Assembly: GCA_963823665.1 (NCBI GenBank)
Contig: CAWGMQ010000003.1
Coordinates: forward strand, 1,568,001-1,632,000
Direction of reading: 5' to 3'
DNA length: 64,000 nucleotides
Source: an uncultured Planctomycetota bacterium
GTDB lineage: Bacteria; Planctomycetota; Planctomycetia; Isosphaerales; Isosphaeraceae
A program made the position numbers and the translations under genes. Position 1 is the stretch's first letter. Every line of letters starts with the position of its first letter. Below are positions 31,707 through 41,954 of this stretch, piece after piece. Below the pieces are notes generated by a model. It ran no database searches and was not told the origin of the DNA. It worked only from the letters and a program-made list of their open reading frames with translations.

Positions 31707-33251
31707 GTGGCGGGAGCGATGCCCATGCAGGTGCTCGTCCAGAAAGAGGTCGGCAACCGATGGCTGAATCGGTTCGTTGTGCTGATCTTGCTCGCCATTA
31801 TCGCGATTCAACTTTCGACGTACCTCAGGCCGGAGAAGGATGTTGCAGGCGAAGAGGCCCGTGTGGCGGCGGTCGTTGAGGGAATGCGCGAGCAACATGA
31901 GCGCGCGCAAAGCTTGCTCGTGGAGAAGAGCAGGCAGGAGAAGGCAGAGTCGGATTCCAAGCTCGACGGGCTCTCCCGGAAGATCGGTGAGCTTCAGAGC
32001 GAGAGCGACCAGAAGGTGGCCACGCTGGCTGCTGCTCTCGACCAGCAGAAGCAGGAGACCAATCGGCAGGTGGCCAGAATGGCCGCTGCGCTCGACCAGC
32101 AGAAACAGGAGACCAACCGGCAGGTGGCCGAGCACACGCAGTGGCTGGGGCGGATGGGGGAGCAGATCGCCAAAGCCAAAACGAAGCGAGACCCGGTTAT
32201 TGTGAATGGTGGAGTCAAGCCGGTTCCGGGTGTGAATCTTCGATTGGTGGTCCCCGCGAGGATTGCGGCGGTTCGCGGCGACGCGGGTGCCGAAGAGAAT
32301 GGACAACGGCAGCCGGCGGCGGAAGCGGAACCGCCGGTTGAGGCCGCGCCGGACTATGTCTTCTTTTTCAAGCTGGCCGACGATTTCTACCGCGCGGGGA
32401 AGTACGCCGACGCGGGCCAGATCTACTCGGACCTGATCGAACGATATCCCAAGGCCAGAGCGAGCTATCTGAGGCGAGGCGACTGTTTTGCCTCCATGCA
32501 ACAATTTGACAAGGCGATTGCCGATTTCACGACAGCGATCACGCTTGCGCCCGATGATCCGCGGGCGTATCTTGCCAGGAGCTGGGCTTACCTCGGCAAG
32601 GGCGCGACGGATCGGGCGATGGCCGACGCAGACGAGGCCCTTCGCCTGGAACCGACGCTGGCCGAGGCGCATCGGATTCGCGCCGAAGTGTTCGCGCGGA
32701 AGGGCCAGCCGGTGCAGGCTGGCGCGGCGCGAGCGGAGGGGCTGTCGGTTCTTTATCGCCGCGGCGTGGATGCGATCGCCAAGCGCGACTATGCGGCGGG
32801 GATCGCCGACCTCGAACGGGTGATCCGGCAAGCGCCAGGCGATGCGGAGGCGCATACGTGGTGTGCCAAGGCGCACTATCTGCGCCTGGATTTTCCGAAC
32901 GCGGTGAAGGAATACACCGAGTCAATCGCGCTTTCGCCGGATGACAAAGATAGCTACAACAATCGGGGCATGGCGTCTTTTCGGATGGGGGCGCATGGCG
33001 CCGCCATTGCGGATTTCGATCAGGCGATTCAGCTTGATGACAAGTTTTCTGATGCTTACTTGAATCGGGGGACGGTGCGGCTGGCCTTGGGAGACCCGCA
33101 GCGAGCTGCTCGGGACTTTTCGAAGGTGCTCGAGCTGGACCCTCGGAGTGCGGGTGAAGCTTATCGTTTGCGCAGCGCTGCGTATGCCAGCATGGGCGCA
33201 TCGAATCAGGCGGCGAGCGATCGGAGGATTGCGGAGCGGTTGGGGAGGTAA
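31707..33251 (+). CDS. Membrane-anchored coiled-coil/TPR protein
   Basis: TM helix, duplicated AAALDQQKQETNRQVA, about 8 TPRs. Confidence 0.85.
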   Translation: MAGAMPMQVLVQKEVGNRWLNRFVVLILLAIIAIQLSTYLRPEKDVAGEEARVAAVVEGMREQHERAQSLLVEKSRQEKAESDSKLDGLSRKIGELQSESDQKVATLAAALDQQKQETNRQVARMAAALDQQKQETNRQVAEHTQWLGRMGEQIAKAKTKRDPVIVNGGVKPVPGVNLRLVVPARIAAVRGDAGAEENGQRQPAAEAEPPVEAAPDYVFFFKLADDFYRAGKYADAGQIYSDLIERYPKARASYLRRGDCFASMQQFDKAIADFTTAITLAPDDPRAYLARSWAYLGKGATDRAMADADEALRLEPTLAEAHRIRAEVFARKGQPVQAGAARAEGLSVLYRRGVDAIAKRDYAAGIADLERVIRQAPGDAEAHTWCAKAHYLRLDFPNAVKEYTESIALSPDDKDSYNNRGMASFRMGAHGAAIADFDQAIQLDDKFSDAYLNRGTVRLALGDPQRAARDFSKVLELDPRSAGEAYRLRSAAYASMGASNQAASDRRIAERLGR

Positions 33252-33265
33252 TTCGGCATCGCGGT

Positions 33266-36200
33266 TCACGGGCGGTCGGTGCTTAGCACGAATGCGGCCC
33301 AGTAGTACGGTGGTTGTCGTTCGGACTCTGGTCCGTCCTCGCGCTTCAGACCGCCGCGGCCGAGGTCGCCATGCAGGATCGAGAGCTGCGCTTCACGCAA
33401 TGCCTGGGCTGGGGACTGGTTTTTTCGCCAGAGGTTTTCGTAGAAGCCAGCCATCAGTGCCAGGGTGGGCTCGTCGCCGACCTTCCAGAGGCTGGCGATG
33501 ACGGAGTGGGCTCCGGCGACCTGGAAGGTGCGCTGGAGGCCCAGCAGGCCTTCGCCGCCGGCGACTTCGCCCAGGCCGGTTTCGCAGGCGGAGAGGACGG
33601 CCAGCTCGACGCTGGAGAGGTCTAGCTCGGCGACTTCGAGCGCGGTCAGGATGCCGTCGTCGTGGCCGATGGGCGTGGGGCGGATGTTGGCGCCGGCCAG
33701 CGCGATGCCGGAAAGCAGGCCGGGATGATAGCCGGACACGCCGGCACCGCCCAAGGTGTCGATTCCCGGGCGCTTCGTGTGTGAATCGGCCGGGGCGAGC
33801 GCCGATCGAAGTGACGCGGGGGCGAAGTAACCGTGGGTTGCGAAATGCAGGTAGCGGGACTTGGGGGCGAGCTGGCGAATCGATTCTTCGGTCGCCTGGT
33901 CTCCGCGCAGCACCTGGGGGTGAGGGGCTTCGGGGAAACGCTTTTCGAATGAGTCGCGGATTTCGAGAATCTCTTCGCCCGTGGAGGTGAGCGGGCCGAA
34001 ATCACGCTGAGCGCCGGCGCGAGTTTCGACGCCCGCGGATCGTTGCTCGCCCCGGTTGGTCGCTCCTTCGGCTTGGCGGTCGTAGTCGATGTCGCCGGCG
34101 AGCAGAAGCACCGGTCTGGACTCGAGGGCGATCGTATGGCCGGCACCAGCCGGCTCGACGCCACCCATCATCCGCGGGACGGGAATCAGGGCGATTGATC
34201 GCTCCTCGATCAGGTAACGGCCCGGATCCTTCCCCGGCAGGGCCGCCAGGGGAACCAGGCCGATCGGGCCGTCGGGTGAGATGAGCACCGAGGTGGCGCC
34301 TTCCAGGTGGGGTTCCAGCGGCTCCCAGATGAGATGCCGCAGAGCACGGGCTGGTTCGCCGCTGGCCGTTGACGGATTCGGGCTCATCAGCAGGGGACGC
34401 CAGTTGGCGATCGCTTTCAGAATGGCCGCGAACGGCCCCAGCTCGATGCGCGCGATCGGCTGACCCTGTCTGAGCACAAACGCGACCACGTGGAGCTCTC
34501 GCTCAAATTCGCCCTTGCCCGCGGCGGGGGGCTGATATGCCGTATAAACCAAGAAATCAACGAGTGCGGTCAGAGTGTTCGGCAAAGTTGCTTGAAGCTG
34601 CTCGGGGGTGCGGGTTGCGATCTTCTGTGCGGCGCGGAAGCCTGCATCCAGGCGAGAGAGCTCGGCTTCGAGCTCGTCCTTGCGGCGGGACAATTCCTCG
34701 AGCCGCGATTTCCATTTCTCGGCCTTCTTCGGATCTGGCACCGATAATGCCATGGCCGAGAGCTGGGTCACGGTTTCTGTGTACTCGTCGAACCGCTTGG
34801 CGGCCTCGGAGCCGGGGCTTGCCTGGTGAAGGCGACGCTGGGTCCGAAGCCGGCGCTGGCGCTCGAGCACGGTTCCCTTGGCGGCGAGGACGTGGCGGTA
34901 GAGGTCGCGGGCCGAAATCTTGGCCAGTGGGGAAAAGGACAGGTACGAATCGAGCAGCCCCCGAAGGCTGTTCGCCGTCGCCAGTTGCTGGCGTTCGGAT
35001 TGCACGGCGGCGGCCAGGTCGAGGTTGCCTTCGGCAATCTCGAGCGCTTTTGTCAGCAGCGGGTCTGCCGCGGCGACATCGCTGCGCGCCCAGGCAAGAA
35101 AGCCGAGATTGCTCAGGCTCGCAGCGTAGTCGGGGTGATGCTCGCCGAGTGCCTCCTTCCTGATCGCGAGCGCCCGCTCGTAGAGCGGACAGGCGGCGAC
35201 GTAGTCTCCCTGCGATTCGAGCACGAGGGCCAGGTTGTTCAGGTTGGTGGCATAGTCGGGGTGATGCTCGCCAAGTGCCTGCTTCCTTATCGCGAGCGCC
35301 CGCTCGAAGAGCGGGCGGGCGGCCGCGTAGTCTCTCTGCGATTCGAGCAAGAGGGCGAGGTTGTTCAGGCCCGTGGCGTAGGCGGGGTGCCGTTCGCCAA
35401 GTACGTCCTTTGTGATCGCCAGCGCGCGCTCGTAGAGCGGGCGGGCGGCGGCGTAGTCTCCCTGCGATTGGAGCAAGAGGGCCAGGTTGTTCAGGCTGCC
35501 GGCGTAGGCGGGGTGGCGTTCGCCAAGTACCTCTTTGCGGATCGCCAGCGCGCGCTCGTACAGCGGGCGGGCGGCGGCGTAGTCTCCGTGGGATCGGAGC
35601 AACCAGGCCAGGTTGTTCAGGTTGGTGGCATAGTCGGGGTGACGCTCGCCAAGTACCTCCTTATTGATCGCCAGCGCGCGCTCGAACAGCGGGCGGGCGG
35701 CGGCGTAATCCCCTTGCGATTTGAGCAATAAGGCCAGGTTATTCAGGCTGACGGCGTAGTCGGCGTGACACTCGCCGAGGAGGTCCCTCTTAATCGCCAG
35801 AGCCCGCTCGTGGAGCGGGCGGGCGGCGGCGTAATCTCCTTGCGATTCGAGCAATACGGCCAGGTTATTCAGGCTTGTAGCGTAGTCGGGGTGACGCTCG
35901 CCAAGTGCCTCCTTGTTGATCGCCAGCGCCCGCTCGTAGAGTGGGCGTGCGGCAGCGTAGTCTCCCTGCGTAGCGCGCAATGCGGCAAGGTTGTTCAGGT
36001 TGGCTGCGTGGCCGGGGTGGCGCTCGCCTAGTACCTCCTTGTCGATCGCCAGCGCCCGCTCGGAAAGCGGGCGGGCGGCGGCGAAGTCTCCCTGCGACCC
36101 GAGAAACGCGGCCAGGTTCTTGAGGCTGGTAGCGAACTCGCGGTGACGCTCCCCGAGTACCTCCTTGTAAATCGCCAACCCGCGACGGGCCAATGCCGCG

Positions 36201-36724
36201 GCTTCGGCGTACTTTCCCTGGTTATAGAGAGCCACGGCATTTTGGTTCAAGCGCCTGGCTTGTTCCAATCGTTCTCGCTGTTTACCGGTGAGCGAGGCTT
36301 GGAGCTTCACGTCGTCTAGCGCGAGGCGGGCGTCGGTTGCCTTCCAGTGCGCCTCGCCGAACCGCTTTTGCACAATTTGCAATGCTTCTTGCCGGGCAGC
36401 CGTGGCTGCGGGGAAGTCATTCTTCTGAAGATGGAGCTGCGCGAGCCACTCGAGCGAAAGGGCCAGGTCGGGATCGTCAGCGGCAAAGACCTTACGCTCG
36501 ATGGCTAGCGTCGCCTGGGCGGCCGTGATCGCATCGGCGAGCTTGCCCTGGGCCCCCAGCGTCTGACTTTCTTTCCGAAGCCGGTCACGCTCCTTGAGCT
36601 GTGATTTGGCCTGGTCTGACAACTGCTGGGAGAATGCGGCCGTTTCTGCTGCGGGCTGCGCTTGCCAGGCCAAGAGCGCGACGATCGCGACGATCCGAAT
36701 GCGAGAAGGCCAACTGCGGCTCAT
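33266..36724 (-). CDS. CHAT (caspase-like) domain protein with about ten 42-aa TPR repeats
   Basis: LGERHPDYATxLNNLA repeats; catalytic-type HFATHG and LSACETG; PPYYWAAF. Confidence 0.92.
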   Translation of the reverse strand: MSRSWPSRIRIVAIVALLAWQAQPAAETAAFSQQLSDQAKSQLKERDRLRKESQTLGAQGKLADAITAAQATLAIERKVFAADDPDLALSLEWLAQLHLQKNDFPAATAARQEALQIVQKRFGEAHWKATDARLALDDVKLQASLTGKQRERLEQARRLNQNAVALYNQGKYAEAAALARRGLAIYKEVLGERHREFATSLKNLAAFLGSQGDFAAARPLSERALAIDKEVLGERHPGHAANLNNLAALRATQGDYAAARPLYERALAINKEALGERHPDYATSLNNLAVLLESQGDYAAARPLHERALAIKRDLLGECHADYAVSLNNLALLLKSQGDYAAARPLFERALAINKEVLGERHPDYATNLNNLAWLLRSHGDYAAARPLYERALAIRKEVLGERHPAYAGSLNNLALLLQSQGDYAAARPLYERALAITKDVLGERHPAYATGLNNLALLLESQRDYAAARPLFERALAIRKQALGEHHPDYATNLNNLALVLESQGDYVAACPLYERALAIRKEALGEHHPDYAASLSNLGFLAWARSDVAAADPLLTKALEIAEGNLDLAAAVQSERQQLATANSLRGLLDSYLSFSPLAKISARDLYRHVLAAKGTVLERQRRLRTQRRLHQASPGSEAAKRFDEYTETVTQLSAMALSVPDPKKAEKWKSRLEELSRRKDELEAELSRLDAGFRAAQKIATRTPEQLQATLPNTLTALVDFLVYTAYQPPAAGKGEFERELHVVAFVLRQGQPIARIELGPFAAILKAIANWRPLLMSPNPSTASGEPARALRHLIWEPLEPHLEGATSVLISPDGPIGLVPLAALPGKDPGRYLIEERSIALIPVPRMMGGVEPAGAGHTIALESRPVLLLAGDIDYDRQAEGATNRGEQRSAGVETRAGAQRDFGPLTSTGEEILEIRDSFEKRFPEAPHPQVLRGDQATEESIRQLAPKSRYLHFATHGYFAPASLRSALAPADSHTKRPGIDTLGGAGVSGYHPGLLSGIALAGANIRPTPIGHDDGILTALEVAELDLSSVELAVLSACETGLGEVAGGEGLLGLQRTFQVAGAHSVIASLWKVGDEPTLALMAGFYENLWRKNQSPAQALREAQLSILHGDLGRGGLKREDGPESERQPPYYWAAFVLSTDRP

Positions 36725-37211
36725 GAGTGCTCTCCCGGATGATGTGATCGCAGTCCGATGCAGCCGGCGCGGCTGATGCGATCTCTCGCCGATCGACGCG
36801 TTTTGAATTCTCACCGACTGGAGGCGCTCGAGTCAAAGGAAATCGACGGCCGTTGAAATGTGTAGCTCGCAAGAATTTGCGGTGAAGAGTGGCTCCGTTT
36901 TTGGCCGGCGACGGGTTCCTTGACACGAGCGCCGCCTGAATGGCCGGGATGAATTCCGCCCTGTCCGAGTCGTCGCGATGAAAGCACCAAACACCCAAGA
37001 GACAGGATTTTCCCGCGCGAAAGCTCGTTGCCATCAAACGCAAGAACTCGCGGGACATTTCTTCGTTCTAAAAACCGCCTCAGAGCGCAGTTTCCCGCGC
37101 AGGCGGTTCCACAATCGCCTCGACGTGTGACCCGAGCGCGAATCTTGTTCGACGTCTCCAGACTCCAGTAGATTAGATGTTGCGAACGATCAAGGCAAAA
37201 GAGGCCGATCC

Positions 37212-37451
37212 ATGAACTGGGAAGACCGAATCAGCGTCAGCTCCGACGTGTGTCACGGCAAAGCGTGCATCAAGGGGACGCGTGTGATGGTGTCCGTGGT
37301 GCTGGCGAACGTCGCGGCTGGCGAGCCGTTTGAAACGATCATGAGCGGTTATCACATCACAAGGGAGGACATCCAGGCGGCGCTATACTTCGCAGCCGAC
37401 CTGGCTCAGGACCGATCTCGGCCGCATCATTCGACCGCTAACTTCCGATGA
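37212..37451 (+). CDS. DUF433 family protein
   Basis: RISVSSDVCHGKACIKGTRVMVSVVL...ITREDIQAALYFA. Confidence 0.88.
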   Translation: MNWEDRISVSSDVCHGKACIKGTRVMVSVVLANVAAGEPFETIMSGYHITREDIQAALYFAADLAQDRSRPHHSTANFR

Positions 37452-37645
37452 CGACCTCCTCGGCGAGATGCTAGTCTGATATGCGGCGTCTTCACCTACA
37501 TCGCACCGAGCACGAGTTACTGAACGCTCATCCGGAAGCCCAGACTGAAGAAGAACTCAACTCAGCTCGAAGCTCAGATCTCAAACCCCAATCGATCCGA
37601 AAACTTAAGAGTCAACCACGACGATGGCTCGCGCCGAGTCTCCCG

Positions 37646-37771
37646 CTTCGTTACCTTTGTTTGCTTCTGTTCAAGCCTGATGCGCTCACCTGAGAGCTTG
37701 TCTGCGTCGGCAAGGTGCGAATGGATGGCATTGGTCGGAAGTTTGAACATAAGCAAACGAAGGTAACGAAG
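37646..37771. repeat. 31-bp imperfect inverted repeat with a 64-bp spacer
   Basis: cttcgttacctttgtttgcttctgttcaagc versus reverse complement of 37741-37771 (cttcgttaccttcgtttgcttatgttcaaac). Confidence 0.8.
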
Positions 37772-37790
37772 ACGTCTGTGGGGCTCACGT

Positions 37791-38035
37791 CGGAGACCTG
37801 CGGTCGAGCCGGGAGGGCGGGGTCGGAGACCCGCGCCCAACTTTGCGGGCTCGGTTGGATCTCTGCCCCGTGCGCGCGTCTCGGAGACCTGCGGTCGCGC
37901 CGGAGGGCGGGGTCGGAGACCCGCGCCCAACTTTGCGGGCTCGGTTGGATCTCTCCCCGTGCGCGCGTCTCCTCGCAGACCTGCGGTCGCGCCTGGGGGC
38001 GGCGACCCTTCGGGTGCCCGAGACCCGCGCCCGAC
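37791..38035. repeat. About 90-bp tandem repeat (~2.5 copies) built on ggtcggagacc hairpins
   Basis: ggtcggagacccgcgcccaactttgcgggctcggttggatctct at 37821 and 37911. Confidence 0.85.
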
Positions 38036-38036
38036 T

Positions 38037-38489
38037 TCAATCGAGCAGCGTTTCGATCGCGTGCAGCATGCCTGCCCATCCCTTTTCGGTCTGTGCCATG
38101 TATTCAATCCATTGTGCATCCATCTCGTGGACGATCGTCGCGACGCAGCCGCCGGCTTCGGGATCGATGGTCAGAGTCACCACGGAGGGATTGGCCTCCT
38201 CGTTTTCGTCGACGATCCAGGTGAACGCGATCTTCCGCGGACGATCCAATTCCAGGTAGGTGCCCCAATGCCGGGCTTCGGTTCCGTCGCGGAGATCCGA
38301 GAAGAAGAACTTGCCGCCGACCCGTGCGTCGATCTCAATTCGTTGAATGTCACCGGCGAGGCCGAAGCCTTTCAATGCGGAAGTCATCCACAATCGTACC
38401 TGTGCTGGATTGAGCCAGGCATCGTAGACTTGCTCGGCGGTTGCTTTGAAGCGATGGGTGACCTTTGCCTCGATTTTTGAACTCATCAA
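38037..38489 (-). CDS. SRPBCC/AHSA1-like protein
   Basis: EQVYDAWLNP, IDARVGGKF, GTYLELDRPRKIAFTW, KGWAGML. Confidence 0.9.
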   Translation of the reverse strand: MMSSKIEAKVTHRFKATAEQVYDAWLNPAQVRLWMTSALKGFGLAGDIQRIEIDARVGGKFFFSDLRDGTEARHWGTYLELDRPRKIAFTWIVDENEEANPSVVTLTIDPEAGGCVATIVHEMDAQWIEYMAQTEKGWAGMLHAIETLLD

Positions 38490-38836
38490 CGTCGCTCCTT
38501 GGTCGGATTTTCCGCGCTCAACAAATCGTCAATTGCAGCCAGGCTTGCTCGCCAGAAGGCTTGCTGATCGGCAACCCATTTCTGGACTCTCAGGAGCGGA
38601 TCGGGGCGGAATTGCAGGATGTGCTCTCGGCCGACTCTTCGTCGCTCGACGAGTTTGGCGCGTTCCAGAAGCTTGATGTGCTTGGATACGGAATTGAGCG
38701 AAATCTCGAAGGGGGCTGCCAGGTCGGTCACTCGCGCTTCGGCGCGGGCGAGACGCCGCAGGATCTCGCGACGGGTCGGATCGGCGAGTGCGATCAGCGT
38801 GTGGTCGAGTGCCTGATCTCGCGGGGATCGTGACAT
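38486..38836 (-). CDS. ArsR/SmtB family transcriptional regulator
   Basis: ALADPTRREILRRL...VSKHIKLLERAKLV...GRE; 4-nt overlap with the SRPBCC gene. Confidence 0.92.
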   Translation of the reverse strand: MSRSPRDQALDHTLIALADPTRREILRRLARAEARVTDLAAPFEISLNSVSKHIKLLERAKLVERRRVGREHILQFRPDPLLRVQKWVADQQAFWRASLAAIDDLLSAENPTKERR

Positions 38837-39233
38837 TGTTCACCCTTTTGGGTGAATATATCAGGCGAGGGCGCGAACGGCAACAGGGGACGGCGCTCGG
38901 ATGCTGGTTCGATCGGAGCGGACGGCACACGGAGTGTGCATGCTACAGCTTCGTGGTTCAAGAAAACCCCAGTTCCGTTGCGCAATGGCATTACGTTCAC
39001 TAGTCATATGGATTTCGGATATTCGTGGTGAAAAGAAATGTCGAGTCAGATCTGGGTGGGAAGGGGAGTACGATCTCCTGAGCCTGGTGGCTTTGCAAAC
39101 GACCTCGACCCGCCCGTTCATCCGGCCTGTGCCCCTCGGTTTTGACGTGCGTCAAGAACCAAGTCGCGGGGGCGACATCGACAGTCCACGAGCACTGTGA
39201 CCTTCCTGACTCAACTGTCAAAGGAGCGACCCA

Positions 39234-41615
39234 ATGTGCGCGCTTTTCCACGGTCTCTCGCTGTTCTCTCCCAATACCCGTCACTCGACCAACGGACAAG
39301 GATCGCCTTCGAAAAGGGCCAAGGAGCCTGTTCGACGGGCACGTCGGGCGCGGTTTGCCATCGAATCGCTTGAAACGCGCGATTTGATGAGCGGGATGGG
39401 CACATCCATGAGCAACATGGCGCCGCCAACAAGAGGCGTCGTCCCGTCGGACATCACTCCCGAGTTTACGCTCGCCGGTCGGGCGGTTTCTTCAACCCAG
39501 GTGAACCTTTCCTGGGTTTTTGCCGCGGGGGACACTTACGTAATTTACGAATTATTGCCCACCGGCAAGAATGTCGGCAATGAGACTAACCTCACTGAGT
39601 CGACAGCCTCAGACAGCTATTCCGTCACGGGACTCTCCCCAGACACCTCGTATACCTTTTACGTCGTCGATATCAACTACGACGTCCCGCGGAATGATCA
39701 AGACATTTTCTCGACCAATCTGACGGTCACCACGTGGGTTGCCGCCCCGTCCTTTGCACTCTCGGCCGTTCCCTCTGGGCAGGCCACGACATCGCAAGTC
39801 AATCTCTCCTGGCAGAGCGTTCCCGGTGCGACCGGCTGCGGTATCCAGTACCAGGCCAACGGCAGCGGACCCTGGATCACGGCCGCTTCTCCGGGACAGA
39901 ACAGTACGAGCTGGTCCGTTACCGGCTTGAATCCGAACACCCCTTACGACTTTGAAATGACCGCATCAAACAGTCTGGGCACGACGACGTCGGCAGCTCA
40001 GAGCGTGACCACGCTGGGCGCGGGCCCGCCGTTTACGCTCTCGGCCCCCTCCTCCACTCAGGTTAGCGCGAACTGGACTGACGTGGCCAACGGAACCGAT
40101 TACGTCGTCGACCAGCAGGCCGCCAACGGCAACTGGGCGTATGCGGCGAGCTCCACGAGCGGCACAAGCGCGCAGATCAGCGGATTGAGTCCCTACACGA
40201 ATTACACCTTCAAGGTTGGTGTGCTCGGGTCGTGGGGCGTCGCCTGGGCCAACCAGCAGAGCATCTACACTCAGCCGGCCCCGCTGACACTGAATGCGAG
40301 TTTGGTTTACCCGGCGCAGGCCAATCTTTCGTGGAACAGTGCATTCGGCGCCAGCAGCTACGTAGTCTACGAACAAGATGCGTCGACCGGTTCTGCCTGG
40401 CAGGCGGTTTACAACACGCCCGGCACCACGTATCAGACGCCCTCACTCAGCGCCGACAGTTACTACAACTTCAAAGTGACTGATCTCGGTGCCTGGGGCG
40501 CTACCACGTCGAATGATCCAGGCGTGCTCACATTAGCGAACGGCCCGACGCTGACCGCGACGCCGGCGGGTTCCACACAGGTCAATCTCTCATGGAACAA
40601 TGTTTTCCCCGGCCAGGGTTACGGCGCGATCAACAACTACGTGGTCGACGAGCAGGTCTCCGGCGGCTGGGAAGAAGTGGCGACGACGGCCACTACCAGC
40701 TTTGGCGTCACCGGCTTGAGCCCCAACGCAACCTACACATTCAAAGTGGGCGCGACGAACACGTCGGGCACGAGCTATTCAAGTAATGTGAGCGCTCTGA
40801 CGTATCCGGCCGCCCCGTCACTGACGGCGATAGCAGTGTCTTCGACGCAGGTCAATCTGTCGTGGAACGGCGTTCCTGGAGGAGCCACGGGCTTCCTGGT
40901 GTTAGAGCAGATATCGGGCGGCTACTCGGTGGTCACCACGCTGGGCAGCGGCGCCACGAGCTACAGCGTAAGCGGCTTGACCCCGGGTACATCCTATGAA
41001 TTCGAGGTCGCCGCCTGCAACGCATCGGGAGAATCCATCTCGAATGCCGCGAAGACGATCACCTTGCCCATCGCTCCAACAATCAGCGCGACGCCGGTTT
41101 CTTCCTCACAGGTCAATCTCTCATGGAATAGCATCACGGGTGCGACAGGCTATTTGATCAATGAGTGGCGGAGTGGCAACCTCCAGCAGATCATCAATGT
41201 GGCGGCGCCAAGCAGCGGCTATTCCGTCACCGGGCTGTTCGCGGACACGACGTACACGTTCCAGGTGGAATCGTACAACGCCTCCGGCTATGCCTGGTCA
41301 AACACTGTGAGCGCGCTCACCTATCCGGCGGCACCGTCGGTGACGTTGACAGCGGTTGGTGCGACCGGAGTCGACATTTCGTGGAATAGTGTCGTCGGTG
41401 CGACCAGCTACGTGATCGACGAATACATCGGTAATGCTTGGGTACAAATCGCGACCGTCAGCAGTGGCACCACGAGCTTCGCGCTGACCGGCTTGTTGGT
41501 CCCGAACTACGGCTACAACTTCATCGTCGGTGCCGTAAACTCGTCGGGCACGACGTGGTCAACGTCCCAGGAGATCATCCTGAAGGGCGAGCGCCCTGGC
41601 CCGCTGCCAGGCTGA
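39234..41615 (+). CDS. Extracellular fibronectin type III repeat protein with planctomycete LEPR-XLL-type leader
   Basis: RRARFAIESLETRDLMS; about 8 units of SSTQVNLSW...VTGLxPxTxYxF. Confidence 0.88.
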   Translation: MCALFHGLSLFSPNTRHSTNGQGSPSKRAKEPVRRARRARFAIESLETRDLMSGMGTSMSNMAPPTRGVVPSDITPEFTLAGRAVSSTQVNLSWVFAAGDTYVIYELLPTGKNVGNETNLTESTASDSYSVTGLSPDTSYTFYVVDINYDVPRNDQDIFSTNLTVTTWVAAPSFALSAVPSGQATTSQVNLSWQSVPGATGCGIQYQANGSGPWITAASPGQNSTSWSVTGLNPNTPYDFEMTASNSLGTTTSAAQSVTTLGAGPPFTLSAPSSTQVSANWTDVANGTDYVVDQQAANGNWAYAASSTSGTSAQISGLSPYTNYTFKVGVLGSWGVAWANQQSIYTQPAPLTLNASLVYPAQANLSWNSAFGASSYVVYEQDASTGSAWQAVYNTPGTTYQTPSLSADSYYNFKVTDLGAWGATTSNDPGVLTLANGPTLTATPAGSTQVNLSWNNVFPGQGYGAINNYVVDEQVSGGWEEVATTATTSFGVTGLSPNATYTFKVGATNTSGTSYSSNVSALTYPAAPSLTAIAVSSTQVNLSWNGVPGGATGFLVLEQISGGYSVVTTLGSGATSYSVSGLTPGTSYEFEVAACNASGESISNAAKTITLPIAPTISATPVSSSQVNLSWNSITGATGYLINEWRSGNLQQIINVAAPSSGYSVTGLFADTTYTFQVESYNASGYAWSNTVSALTYPAAPSVTLTAVGATGVDISWNSVVGATSYVIDEYIGNAWVQIATVSSGTTSFALTGLLVPNYGYNFIVGAVNSSGTTWSTSQEIILKGERPGPLPG

Positions 41616-41954
41616 TACACGGACCGACGCATCCTGATCGGCTCTGCCGCGCGATCGGCGCCTGAAGCTGATCGGTGTGAACAGGTGAGATCCAAACAAC
41701 GAGCCAGGTACGACTTCGACCGGCTGTCGCGATCACCGCGGCGGCCGGTTTCGTCTTCTGGCGTTACCCTTTTTCTTACGAACCGTTTCGCAGGATGGGC
41801 AATCCGACGCAGGTCAGAACGACTAGCGTGGCCACTCGTTGGGCGCGCTTTCCGAAATCTGGATAAAATGTCCGCGGATTTCTTGGCGCCGGCGACGCGG
41901 TTTCGTCGCATTGAGGTAGAGTCGACTTCGTAGTTGCGTGCCGGAGGTGCGGCC

